Source of the DNA: Chryseobacterium gleum
Lineage (GTDB): Bacteria > Bacteroidota > Bacteroidia > Flavobacteriales_C > GCA-002722245
Assembly: GCA_945871895.1 (NCBI GenBank)
Contig: CAMBXP010000001.1
Coordinates: 373-64,372, forward strand
DNA: 64,000 bases
Reading direction: 5' to 3'
The notes below the pieces were generated by a model. The model was not told the origin of the DNA. It saw only the letters and a list, made by a program, of their open reading frames with translations, and did no database searches. Made by a program: the position numbers and the translations under genes. Below, one piece after another: positions 20,696-30,315 of the stretch. Numbering within the stretch: position 1 is the first letter of the stretch; every line of letters starts with the position of its first letter.

Positions 20696-21147
20696 TGTCG
20701 GTTTTAAAAAAAATATACAAGTATTTTATTCGCTCAAATAACGAATCGCGTTATTTGGTGATAAAGGCTTTTTTTTATTGCGCTATGGTGCGTTTTTTAA
20801 TGCTATTTGTAAAGTATAAACGTTACGAAAAACGCTTGGGAAAAAGAGGAGTAGAATCAACAGAAGAGATAAGTGCCGAGCAATTTGAGTTGGTTAAGAA
20901 AGTGCGAAATGCGGTGCTTAGTGTAAGCAAAAACACCTTGTGGGAAAGCAAGTGTATGGTGCAAGCACTCTCTGCAAAGTGGATGTTAGAGAAATACAAT
21001 ATTCCATCTACCATTTATTTTGGCATTATGAAAGACCTCGAAAATCCTTCGGAATTGAAAGCACATGCTTGGTTAAAAGTGGGCGAATATATTGCCACCG
21101 GTAGAGAAGGCCACAAAAGTTTTAAAGTGGTGAATTTTTATTCTTAA
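20695..21147 (+). CDS. Lasso peptide biosynthesis B2-like transglutaminase-fold cysteine peptidase (PF13471-like)
   Basis: 150 aa with a conserved Cys (ESKCMVQALS) and an HAW motif (KAHAWLKVGEY) spaced as in McjB-C/B2 proteins. The start overlaps the hisF-like stop codon (TAATG). Confidence 0.6.
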   Translation: MSVLKKIYKYFIRSNNESRYLVIKAFFYCAMVRFLMLFVKYKRYEKRLGKRGVESTEEISAEQFELVKKVRNAVLSVSKNTLWESKCMVQALSAKWMLEKYNIPSTIYFGIMKDLENPSELKAHAWLKVGEYIATGREGHKSFKVVNFYS

Positions 21148-22253
21148 CTGAATAAATAGGTGATAGGTCTCAACAAAGGATAGAGTATTCTTCTGCCAAA
21201 AGGAAGCTTCACAATATTCATATCTCTTAAAGGAAAAATACTCATTTGGTACAAGGTAAATTTCAAATGAGGCTTCATGAAAACGCGTTGTTTCCACTTG
21301 CTTATTTTCGAAATTTCTTTACCCGATAAAGATTTTAATCCTTGCAATACATAAGGTGCTTGCTTGTTATTTATTTTGTTCGAAAAGGCAGCAGGAATAG
21401 GCATTTCTAAAGCGACATTACATAAAGAAATAGTCCCTAAAAATAGGTTCTCAATTTTGTTTTTCTTGGCCAATTCAAATACTTCGTTTAATTCTTCTTC
21501 ATTGAATTTTTGCAGCAATAAAACAATATCAATTAACCACATCATTTTTTCCCAATAATGAATTTTACCATGCGCCATCAAATACAATAACGTGTAGGCG
21601 TTGTTCATTCTGTAGATTTTTCGATTGCAGTAATTTTCGGTAACAAGATATTCTGATGTGTCTCTGGGAATTGCTAGAATATACGGATTTTTAAACAGTT
21701 TGAAATGTACGTCTAGTTTACTTTTGGCTGGTGAAAAATAGCCTTTCTCATTGTCGATTTTTAAGAATAAGTCGTATTCTTTTGGGTTTAAATCGAAGTT
21801 CGGACTATCCAACACAAACCCTTTCTCCAATAGTATTTTTTCAAGTTTAGTAAGATCTGCTGGAGCAACACAAATGTCTACATCGGTGGAGGTGCGCATG
21901 TTGTTGTTGCCATAAATCATTTCGTTGATAGGATGCCCTTTAAACAACACCATATCTATATTATTTTCTTTTGCTAAATCAACAATCTTTAGCAAATCAG
22001 CTTGCAACAATAGATTTTTGGTGAGCGATTTTTTAGCTCTTTTTACAAGTGCTTTTTTAATATTTTCCAATTCAGGAAAACGCTCTATATGAGCGGCAAT
22101 AAAAGCATTTAGATTATTTCTTGATATGAATTGAATCAATTGATCGTGATCGTAATTCACAGCAGGTAATGGCTCTTTGGTATTGAACAGAATGGTTTTC
22201 ACTATGGCCAAAACCATTTGAAATTCGGGGGTGATATAAGAGTGTTTGTTCAA
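21144..22253 (-). CDS. Nucleotidyltransferase-fold protein of the PF14907 type that co-occurs with lasso kinase clusters
   Basis: hG-S...DVDICV pol-beta-like NTase motif, about 370 aa, next to the B2 gene. Confidence 0.5.
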   Translation of the reverse strand: MNKHSYITPEFQMVLAIVKTILFNTKEPLPAVNYDHDQLIQFISRNNLNAFIAAHIERFPELENIKKALVKRAKKSLTKNLLLQADLLKIVDLAKENNIDMVLFKGHPINEMIYGNNNMRTSTDVDICVAPADLTKLEKILLEKGFVLDSPNFDLNPKEYDLFLKIDNEKGYFSPAKSKLDVHFKLFKNPYILAIPRDTSEYLVTENYCNRKIYRMNNAYTLLYLMAHGKIHYWEKMMWLIDIVLLLQKFNEEELNEVFELAKKNKIENLFLGTISLCNVALEMPIPAAFSNKINNKQAPYVLQGLKSLSGKEISKISKWKQRVFMKPHLKFTLYQMSIFPLRDMNIVKLPFGRRILYPLLRPITYLFS

Positions 22254-22286
22254 GTTAATAAAATGCTATTTGCGAAAGTAGTTATT

Positions 22287-22502
22287 TTATATTTTCTTTT
22301 TCCCCATATGCATGATCCAGCGCATTTTGTAGTTCTTTTTAAAGGCAATTAGAAATTCTTCTTTAGTAAAATTGAAGTGATGTTGTTGAGCAAAAAGCTG
22401 AATGCTCTCAAAACTTTTATTTTGAAGTGCTTTCATGTCATTTTGAAAATCGTTGTCTTCAAATGATTTTTGGAAGAATAGAATTGCGTCTTTTTCGCAC
22501 AT
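22287..22502 (-). CDS. Nif11-like domain small protein (71 aa)
   Basis: The pattern F.K...D..FQ..MKAL......E.I...A.Q..FNFTKEEF matches the Nif11/NHLP leader consensus (..aFleKvk.D..Lqeklka...eevv.lAke.GfeFtaeEl). Confidence 0.45.
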   Translation of the reverse strand: MCEKDAILFFQKSFEDNDFQNDMKALQNKSFESIQLFAQQHHFNFTKEEFLIAFKKNYKMRWIMHMGKKKI

Positions 22503-22546
22503 TATAACTAATTTGCGCTAAAATACAATTAAAATATAAATGCCTT

Positions 22547-23719
22547 ATGGATATTGATTTTGAATCGATGGGTTTTTTACTTGATCCTCACGAAACATAC
22601 GATAAGATTTTCGCTAGCCAGCCTATATTTTATTCTCAAAAGTATGGGGCTTGGATTTTTGCTGATTTTGCTACCGTTAAGTTGGCATTAAGTGATGATG
22701 AAAACTTCGCATATAACAAAAGAATAAAGCCAGCTGGAATTCAACAAAGCAGTTCAGGCAAACTTTTGGCGAATTGGATTTTAAATCAAACAGAAGAAGA
22801 TCATAAAACATTTAAACGAATTATTGGCACTTTTTTTTCCTCAAGTGCTGTTGGTCGTTTGGAGTTATATATGCAAGAAGAAACGCGTAAGATTTGTGAC
22901 GGATTTAACGAACAAGAAATTGACTTAGCTGATGTGTATGGCAATTTTTTTCCAATGAAATTAATGACAAAGATTTTAGGACTTAGGGAAGTTGATTTTG
23001 ATGTTATCAAAAAAGCGTCAAGAATGGCCGAACATTACGCCTATTTTCCTAATACCGATAAAGACAAAAAAATATTTGAGTTTGCTGTTTTCACATTAGA
23101 GAAATTTGTTAAAAATATTCTTGAAAACAATCATTATAGTAATGACGGACTGATTCACCATTTAGCATCATTCTATAAAAATGGTGAGATTACCTTAGAT
23201 GAGTTAGTTAGCAATACAATTTTGTTTGTAATAGCTTCTATCGAAACAACGAGTTATTCCCTAAACAATGCGCTCATGTTGTTACTCAAGTATCCCGAGC
23301 AACGAGCCTTGTTTCTGCAGAATAGTGATAAAGCAAATCAATATATTGATGAGTTAATGCGCTTTGAATCTTCTGTAAGTTATGTTAGGCGTTTTGCAGT
23401 CAAAGATTTTGATATGGCAGGGAATAAAATTAAAAAAGGAGATTTGGTTTTACTACTTGTAAATGCAGCTAACCGAGACCCTCTTGTTTATAATGAACCT
23501 AATGAATTCAATCTCGAAAGAGAGCATATTAAAAATTTAGCTTTTGGGCATGGGGTGCACGTATGTTTAGGATTGCATTTAGCAAAAATGGAAATCAAAG
23601 TAGCTACTACTTATTTTTTTAATAGGTATCCAAAGTGTGAGCTAGTAAATGAAACAGTTCAGTGGAATGATAGGTTTGGCTTTAGGGGAATTGTAAAGAT
23701 GAATGTAAAACTGAATTAG
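22547..23719 (+). CDS. Cytochrome P450
   Basis: FGHGVHVCLG heme-thiolate loop, the EXXR motif (ELMRFES) and an ASIETTS I-helix. Confidence 0.9.
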   Translation: MDIDFESMGFLLDPHETYDKIFASQPIFYSQKYGAWIFADFATVKLALSDDENFAYNKRIKPAGIQQSSSGKLLANWILNQTEEDHKTFKRIIGTFFSSSAVGRLELYMQEETRKICDGFNEQEIDLADVYGNFFPMKLMTKILGLREVDFDVIKKASRMAEHYAYFPNTDKDKKIFEFAVFTLEKFVKNILENNHYSNDGLIHHLASFYKNGEITLDELVSNTILFVIASIETTSYSLNNALMLLLKYPEQRALFLQNSDKANQYIDELMRFESSVSYVRRFAVKDFDMAGNKIKKGDLVLLLVNAANRDPLVYNEPNEFNLEREHIKNLAFGHGVHVCLGLHLAKMEIKVATTYFFNRYPKCELVNETVQWNDRFGFRGIVKMNVKLN

Positions 23720-23720
23720 T

Positions 23721-25748
23721 ATGTCGGTATTACAAAATGATTTATTTAAGATTTTCAAGCAAGATATTTCTTTGCTTTCTTCGCCAGAACAGTTAAAGCA
23801 AATTGAAATAATTTCCAAGTTATTACCTCCTATTTATCGCTCTGCAATTGAAGTAAGATTGGGTGATGATGATACCGTTGATTTTCACGTTAATATAAAA
23901 ACTGAAGATGATATTTCCTCCATATTGTTGTTTTTTAAAGAGTCAGGGTTTTATGAGCAACCAAAATGGAGCCCTTTGCTACATTTTTTAGAATTGTGGG
24001 AAAGCAATACTTATGATTTCCGTCATATAATTCCAGGTATATTTTTAGAGTATGATTTGTCTAAAAATGATGAACTCTATCAGGTGCCGTCTTTGTTTGT
24101 TAAAGTTGCGGTAGAAAAATTGAGCGCACAGCAAACTTATTCTTTGATAGAAAAATTAATACTAACTGTAAAAGGCGAAGATTATTTTAATGTATTTAAA
24201 GCTTTGCTTAGGCAAATTATTTTTACTGAGAAAGATTGTAAACTAGGTTACTTAGGCTTTATGCTTTCTCGTCCTGAGGAACTTTTACGCATTAATATTT
24301 ATAAAATTACAGCAATAGAAGTTGTGCCATTTTTAGAGCGATGCGGATGGAAAGGCAATGCTGGTGTTGTGAAAGATTGGGCGAAAAAAGTATCTGTTTA
24401 CTGTGATAAATATGTAGTGAGTTTCGATCTGTACAAAGATGCGGTGTTGCCTGCTATAGGCTTGGAGTGTTTTTGGAATAAATTACCCGATGAAGAGCCA
24501 CGTTGGTCTTTATTACTCGATGAATTGATGGAGCAAAACTTATGTACTTTAAGCAAGAAATCTTTGTTTTTGGAATGGAAAAAGGAGTTACTTCCTTTCG
24601 AAACGCAACAACCTTGGCCAGAACATTTGGCGATAGAATCTTTGTTGCGAAATGAGAAAGATTTTTCGAAGATAAAACAGTTGGTGAGTCACCTAAAAAT
24701 TTCTATTTCTTCTTTGGGAGATATTTCTGCAAAAGCATATTTGGGCTATGGAAATATATGGTTAAATAATTCTAAGGAGAAGATTACTAGGTCTTTGGCT
24801 CAATGTGAAAGTAGCGAAGAATCTGCACAGAAAGCCATTCAGTTTTTACTAAGTGAGCAACAGCAGTCGGGTTTTTGGAAAGATTTTGAAATATTTAAAG
24901 GGGCAGCAGATCAATGGGTGACCGCTTATGTAGCATCTGCATTGAATGAGACGAATTCAAAGAGTGAAGTTCTAGCTGCAATCAATAGAGCGTGGTGCGC
25001 ATTGAAAGATACTTTCAGAGAGGGTGAAGGATGGGGCTATAATTTTTATACTCCTTGTGATGGAGATAGCACCGCATGGAGTTTATATCTTGCCTCATTT
25101 TGTGATCCATCATTTTATATGAGGCATAAAACGCTTATTGAAAGATATAAGGGTGCCGATGGTTTGCTGACTACCTATGTTGACGAAGAGGATATATTGC
25201 GTTACATAAACCTTCAACCTGAATCGGGAATACTGGGTTGGAACTCTTCTCACCTTTGTATTTCAGGTGTTGCAGCGAAATTGGAGGGATCTTGTTCCAT
25301 TGAAGCTATAGCAAGTAAGCAAAACGAGCAGGGCTATTGGCAGGGCTATTGGTGGCAGCACCATAGCTACACTACTTACTATTGTTTGAAAGCCTTAATG
25401 GCAGAAGATAGTAAGTTTGATGGGCAAATCAATAAGGCAAGAAGGTGGTGGAGAGAGCAAGATTTTGCATCAATAGACAGCATTTTTTATCGTGCGTTAT
25501 GGGTTGAAATTGGATTGTTACTTAGAGAAGATAAAAGTATTATTGATAATGCCATAGCCTCTATTATGAAGGAGCAATTGGTGAGCGGATCATGGATAGG
25601 AGATGCGCGTATTATAGTGCCGATGCCCAATCATCTTTTACAAAATTCATCTTTAAGTTGGCTGAAGCATGATGTGAATGGTATTTTCACTACAGCTACT
25701 TGTTTACGTTTGTTAACGAATTACCAAAATCATTATGGAAAAAAGTAA
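23721..25748 (+). CDS. Two-domain protein: unknown N-terminal about 350 aa plus a C-terminal prenyltransferase/squalene-oxidase-repeat (QW-motif alpha/alpha-toroid) domain
   Basis: C-terminal repeats QQQSGFWKD, NEQGYWQGYWWQHH and QLVSGSWIGD resemble terpene-cyclase QW motifs. There are only 2 nt between the P450 stop and this start. Confidence 0.5.
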   Translation: MSVLQNDLFKIFKQDISLLSSPEQLKQIEIISKLLPPIYRSAIEVRLGDDDTVDFHVNIKTEDDISSILLFFKESGFYEQPKWSPLLHFLELWESNTYDFRHIIPGIFLEYDLSKNDELYQVPSLFVKVAVEKLSAQQTYSLIEKLILTVKGEDYFNVFKALLRQIIFTEKDCKLGYLGFMLSRPEELLRINIYKITAIEVVPFLERCGWKGNAGVVKDWAKKVSVYCDKYVVSFDLYKDAVLPAIGLECFWNKLPDEEPRWSLLLDELMEQNLCTLSKKSLFLEWKKELLPFETQQPWPEHLAIESLLRNEKDFSKIKQLVSHLKISISSLGDISAKAYLGYGNIWLNNSKEKITRSLAQCESSEESAQKAIQFLLSEQQQSGFWKDFEIFKGAADQWVTAYVASALNETNSKSEVLAAINRAWCALKDTFREGEGWGYNFYTPCDGDSTAWSLYLASFCDPSFYMRHKTLIERYKGADGLLTTYVDEEDILRYINLQPESGILGWNSSHLCISGVAAKLEGSCSIEAIASKQNEQGYWQGYWWQHHSYTTYYCLKALMAEDSKFDGQINKARRWWREQDFASIDSIFYRALWVEIGLLLREDKSIIDNAIASIMKEQLVSGSWIGDARIIVPMPNHLLQNSSLSWLKHDVNGIFTTATCLRLLTNYQNHYGKK

Positions 25749-26016
25749 AGGGCTTTCGCAATCAAAACACACTCATTATTTTGCTATACCCACTTAAATT
25801 CCTGCTTTAATAATAAATATCCTTCTTCACCTTTGTTGGGGATTTTTTATTGTTACCATAATTATAGTAAATGGTGAAGCCCTTATGGTCGTTCCTTTAT
25901 ATTATTTTATGGAACTACCTTTCATCCAACTTGGAAAGTACTAAATAAAAAAGCATCTCGAAAATTAATAAGTACCGATATCAAAGTTTTTTTTATCTTA
26001 GCCAAAAATTACAATT

Positions 26017-26127
26017 ATGGAAAACAAGAAAACTTGGGTTAGTCCCCAATTTAATTTAGTGGATGTAGATTCAACGGCTTCTGGACCCTTTGGAACTTCG
26101 GTGGAATCAGGATCATACGGTTCATAA
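26017..26127 (+). CDS. Candidate lasso peptide precursor (36 aa), MENKKTWVSPQFNLVDVDSTASGPFGTSVESGSYGS; not in the ORF track
   Basis: ATG at 26017 and TAA at 26125. It has Thr at -2 of the putative leader/core junction (..DSTA|SGPFGTSVE..). The core SGPFGTSVE with Glu9 parallels the paeninodin core AGPGTSTPD with Asp9. The C-terminal Ser sits immediately upstream of the HPr-kinase-like gene. Confidence 0.5.
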   Translation: MENKKTWVSPQFNLVDVDSTASGPFGTSVESGSYGS

Positions 26128-26187
26128 TACAGAAGATTCTAGTTGTTGGTGTGGAGGAAATTTTCCATACTTGTTTAGTCGAATTTT

Positions 26188-27096
26188 TTGTATTTTCGCC
26201 CCATGCAAAAAAAGTACATCGCAGGGGGAATCATCATTGAAACAGATATTGAATTTCCCGAGTTAATTTTGACAGAAGGCCCAACAGATGTTGTTTTGGC
26301 TTATGGCAAAGTGCCTGGGGAGCTGCCTAATGTTAAAAATGAAAAAGCTTTGTTTTCAAGCAATGAAAACGAAGTATTGTTTAGAATGCCCGATATCGCG
26401 AGATATTTAATTGAAGGGTATTCAAAAATCACCATAGAATTAATAGACGAAAAAAGAAAAGCTGATGCTGAAAAGTATATTCTTACTTTTATTTTAGGCG
26501 TTTTATCTTTCAAAAAAGGCTTTTACCCTTTGCATGGCGGTGGCGTTATACACAACGGCGAAGCGTATTTGTTTACTGGTCATTCTGGTGCTGGTAAATC
26601 TACCACTATGGCAGGTTTGCAACAAAGAGGTTTGCAGCCCGTGGGCGACGATATAGCGAATCTTTTTGTGAAAGATGGTAAAGTATATGTTCATCCTTGT
26701 TTTCCGCGTTTTAAACTGTGGAAAGACTCATTGAATTTTTTAAATAAGAAGGGTTCTGGAGAGTATCATTTGCGCAGCGACATGGAGAAATTTTTAGTGC
26801 CTATGGGCGATGATTTTTCTATTGAACCTGTGCCAGTAAAAAGAATCTATTTGTTGGTGGAAGACCGCAATTTCGAGTATTCATTTAAGGAAATTAAAGG
26901 GAAAGAAAAATTGCAGCGTTTAAAAGTAAATAGCTACAAACCTTGGATGGTAAAAGCTTTTTCTTTGAACCAATTGCATTTCGGATTGATGAATGATATT
27001 GTGGGTAAGCTTGAAATCACAGAATATCACCGGCCGCTCGACAAAGCAAACCTTGAGAAAATGTACGATTTATTGATCGAAAACATCAAGGCCTAA
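26188..27096 (+). CDS. HPr-kinase-like serine kinase (candidate lasso peptide kinase)
   Basis: HGGGVIHNGEAYLFTGHSGAGKSTT P-loop, as in HprK C-terminal domains and lasso precursor kinases. Confidence 0.6.
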   Translation: MYFRPMQKKYIAGGIIIETDIEFPELILTEGPTDVVLAYGKVPGELPNVKNEKALFSSNENEVLFRMPDIARYLIEGYSKITIELIDEKRKADAEKYILTFILGVLSFKKGFYPLHGGGVIHNGEAYLFTGHSGAGKSTTMAGLQQRGLQPVGDDIANLFVKDGKVYVHPCFPRFKLWKDSLNFLNKKGSGEYHLRSDMEKFLVPMGDDFSIEPVPVKRIYLLVEDRNFEYSFKEIKGKEKLQRLKVNSYKPWMVKAFSLNQLHFGLMNDIVGKLEITEYHRPLDKANLEKMYDLLIENIKA

Positions 27097-27965
27097 TGTT
27101 TACTCCACAAAAGAGAATAATTTGGCTAACGTCTTATCCTAAGTCGGGAAATACTTGGATGCGCTTGTTTTTACATGCTCTGCACACAGGTTCTAGCGAG
27201 TTACTAAATTTAGAAGACATTGAAGCTACCAACGGCATTGCTTCTTCTCGCGCATTAATCGACAATAATTTAGGTGTATACACTTCTGATATGCCCGATC
27301 TAGATGTACAGAAATTAAGAGGAGAAGCCTACAAATATTGGTCATCGGTATTGACAGATGATGTTATTGTAAAAGTACACGACGCAGCTTTTCATCGCGG
27401 AATCGTCACTTTTCCTAAAGAAGTAACGAAGAAAGTAATTTTCATTGTGCGCAATCCTTTTGATATGGTGGCTTCTTATGCTAACCATATGGGCTGCGAT
27501 ATCAAAATGGCTGTTTGGATGTTGTGCGATGGAAACAATACTTTAGCTAAATCGAAAAACAGATTAGGAACACAAGTGTCTCAGTACATGGGCTCGTGGA
27601 GCGATTATTACAACAGCTGGAAGAATTTGTATCGTGATGAAATGATAGTGGCGCGCTACGAAGACATGAAGCACGATTCACTCAATACTTTTAGAAAGGT
27701 GGTTGATACTTTGGGTTGGAACAAAACGGATGAAGATATTTTAAAAGCATTAGAGGCCAGTAAATTCGATAAAGTAAAGAGTTTAGAGAACGATAAAGGC
27801 TTTAAAGAGAAACCTCCCAAAACGGAAGCTTTTTTTCGTAAAGGTCAAACTGGAGGATGGAAGAATGAAATTACTGCAGAGCAAGCTCAAATTCTAGTTG
27901 ACAGACATTTTTATACTTTATTGGAATTAGGGTATATTGATGAAAAAGGGGTCATTTTAGTGTAA
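27096..27965 (+). CDS. Sulfotransferase-domain protein
   Basis: YPKSGNTWMR 5'-PSB motif and a downstream RNP..D 3'-PB region. The start overlaps the kinase stop. Confidence 0.75.
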   Translation: MFTPQKRIIWLTSYPKSGNTWMRLFLHALHTGSSELLNLEDIEATNGIASSRALIDNNLGVYTSDMPDLDVQKLRGEAYKYWSSVLTDDVIVKVHDAAFHRGIVTFPKEVTKKVIFIVRNPFDMVASYANHMGCDIKMAVWMLCDGNNTLAKSKNRLGTQVSQYMGSWSDYYNSWKNLYRDEMIVARYEDMKHDSLNTFRKVVDTLGWNKTDEDILKALEASKFDKVKSLENDKGFKEKPPKTEAFFRKGQTGGWKNEITAEQAQILVDRHFYTLLELGYIDEKGVILV

Positions 27966-28039
27966 ACTAAAATGCCCCCTTTTTCATTTGATTGTGCGGT
28001 GGAAAAAAAGATTTGAATACAATAAAATAAACGAAAAAG

Positions 28040-29863
28040 ATGTCTAGTATTTACGGTTACACAGGAAAAAAAGAAGCCCAAAAATTGATGAGTAATGCCT
28101 TACGTCATTGGCAGCCCGATCGAGAAAATTTTATAGAACGCGAAGCCTTTACTTTGGGCGCATTAGAGCTTTTCAAAACACCCGAATGTCCGCTTGTTGC
28201 GCTGCCTTATGCCTATAAAAATTTCCACATAGTAGCAGATTGTAGAATAGATAATCGTGAGGAGTTGGCAAAGGAATTAGGTGTTAGCGACATTTCAAAA
28301 CACAGTGACATCGAATTTATTGCGCGTGCATATGAGAAGTATGGAGAGGATGCGCCAAAGAAATTAAAGGGAGATTTTGCCTTTGTCATTTGGGATGAAA
28401 GTAATCAAGAGCTTTTCGCTGCTACAGATCACTTTGGTGTTCGAACTTTGTATTATACAGTAGTTGAAAATCAATTGATTTTTGCTAGTGAAATGAAGGG
28501 GATTTTGGCCTATCCTACTTTCAAAAAAGAGTACAATGAAGCCTATATCGTAAGTCAGTTTTCTGCCTTGCAAATTCCTATTCAAGATACCTTTTATTTG
28601 AATTTGTTTTTGCTTCCTCCAGCGCATCATTTTACTTTTAAAAACGGCAAATTAGACCAAAAAAAATATTGGACATTAGGAGATACTGTTGTTGAAATAC
28701 CCGCTACTGTTGCCCAGCAAGAAGCCGAATTTAATCGATTGGCTTATCAAAGTGTTCGCTCACGATTACGCAGTTACAAAAAAATTGGTGCCGAGGTGAG
28801 TGGAGGGTTGGATTCTACAGGTATTGCTGCTGCGGCTATGGAGATTTTAGGTAAGGGGCACCCTTTTTATTCTTATTGTTATGGTAAGCCCGATGTTTCT
28901 GCGGGAGATCACGACCAAAAAGACGATACCCATGTAGTGCGTGAGATGTGTAAAAAATACGATATTGAGCAATATTTCACGGTGGTGAATGAGAAAGATT
29001 TGTTAGCTGATGATTTATTGAAGACAATGTGCACTGTTTACGATGATATAGAGAGCAATGGTGTGCCTTTGTTTACCGCTTCATTTTTGCCACACGCTCA
29101 GAAAAATGATGTTGGTATTATGTTTTCGGGATGGGCTGGAGACCAAATGGTAACCGATACCTGTGGTGGTTTTCCTGAAGCTTTGGCGTACGAAAAAAAC
29201 TATATAGGTTTGTGGAAAGATATTATTCGTAGGCATAATTTTGTAGGCAGTGTTGCACGTTTTTGGGTGTATGCTATTAAGTGCTGGAACAGCAAAGGTT
29301 TTTACAATCTCAATGTAGATAAGCAAAGAAAACTGTTGCAAGATTTTCATTTAAAAAAGTCATTTATTCAAAAATACAAATTAGACACATTACCAGGGTT
29401 GCGTTATTATTTAAAAAGTTGTACCGACATACGTACTTATCATTTTCGCAATCTTCAACATGCTGGTATTCAAAAACGAACTTGTGATCATGTGTTAATG
29501 GGCAAGCACTTTAAAGTAGATTATCGTTTTCCTATGTTGGATTTAAATTTCTTGGAATACATTAATTGTTTGCCTTTTGATACCATCGCGCCGAAGGGGA
29601 AAAATAGGTATCTGTACAAACAATTTGCTGCACCATTGGTACCACAGGAATTACTTAGAGTACATAAAAGCAAAGTGCCTACGACACCCTTTGCTTATAA
29701 GTACATGAAGGATAATTTGCCTTTTTTTATAGAACAATACAAATCGTTGGAAAAAAGTACGTTTAATGATTTTGTGGATTCTTCATCGTTAGATGTTGAT
29801 TCAGGCAATTCAAATCACAAAGAGTATTTGCGCATGTATTTCTTTGCTAAAAAGATGCGTTAG
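28040..29863 (+). CDS. Asparagine-synthetase-like lasso cyclase (lasso C protein)
   Basis: AsnB-like N-terminal domain without the Cys2 nucleophile (MSSIYGY) and the SGGLDS PP-loop. Length about 600 aa. Confidence 0.75.
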   Translation: MSSIYGYTGKKEAQKLMSNALRHWQPDRENFIEREAFTLGALELFKTPECPLVALPYAYKNFHIVADCRIDNREELAKELGVSDISKHSDIEFIARAYEKYGEDAPKKLKGDFAFVIWDESNQELFAATDHFGVRTLYYTVVENQLIFASEMKGILAYPTFKKEYNEAYIVSQFSALQIPIQDTFYLNLFLLPPAHHFTFKNGKLDQKKYWTLGDTVVEIPATVAQQEAEFNRLAYQSVRSRLRSYKKIGAEVSGGLDSTGIAAAAMEILGKGHPFYSYCYGKPDVSAGDHDQKDDTHVVREMCKKYDIEQYFTVVNEKDLLADDLLKTMCTVYDDIESNGVPLFTASFLPHAQKNDVGIMFSGWAGDQMVTDTCGGFPEALAYEKNYIGLWKDIIRRHNFVGSVARFWVYAIKCWNSKGFYNLNVDKQRKLLQDFHLKKSFIQKYKLDTLPGLRYYLKSCTDIRTYHFRNLQHAGIQKRTCDHVLMGKHFKVDYRFPMLDLNFLEYINCLPFDTIAPKGKNRYLYKQFAAPLVPQELLRVHKSKVPTTPFAYKYMKDNLPFFIEQYKSLEKSTFNDFVDSSSLDVDSGNSNHKEYLRMYFFAKKMR

Positions 29864-29902
29864 TGCATAATTGATAGAAAGTTAGAAAATTCTCTTATTT
29901 TT

Positions 29903-30193
29903 GTGGAAAATCAACTTGATATGGAATTGACTCAAAAAATCGCTCGCAGTGATAATTTCGTTTTTAACGAGGTAGATGGCGAGTTAGTAATGATGAATAT
30001 TGAAACTGGTGCTTATGCATCATTGAATGAAACAGGGAAATCAATTTGGACTTTGTTAGATGCCCCTAAAAGTTTATCTGAAGTAGTTAGTTCTTTGGTT
30101 GAAGAATACGAAATCGATCAAGCTACTTGTGAAAAAGAGGTGTTGCCATTTGTAGAAAATATGTTGAAAAGTGAAGTTTTAATAAAAGCATAA
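29903..30193 (+). CDS. PqqD-family RiPP recognition element (lasso B1 protein)
   Basis: 96 aa with the FNEVDGELVMMNIETGAYASLNETGKSIWTLL pattern typical of PqqD/B1 proteins. Confidence 0.7.
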   Translation: MENQLDMELTQKIARSDNFVFNEVDGELVMMNIETGAYASLNETGKSIWTLLDAPKSLSEVVSSLVEEYEIDQATCEKEVLPFVENMLKSEVLIKA

Positions 30194-30315
30194 TAATGGA
30201 AATGAATAATGTAAAGAAAGTTTGGATTTCGCCAGCTTTTACCCAAGAGTTATTGATTAACACTAATAAACTCCCCAATGCTATAGAAACCACCACTTCT
30301 TTTAGTACCTGATGC

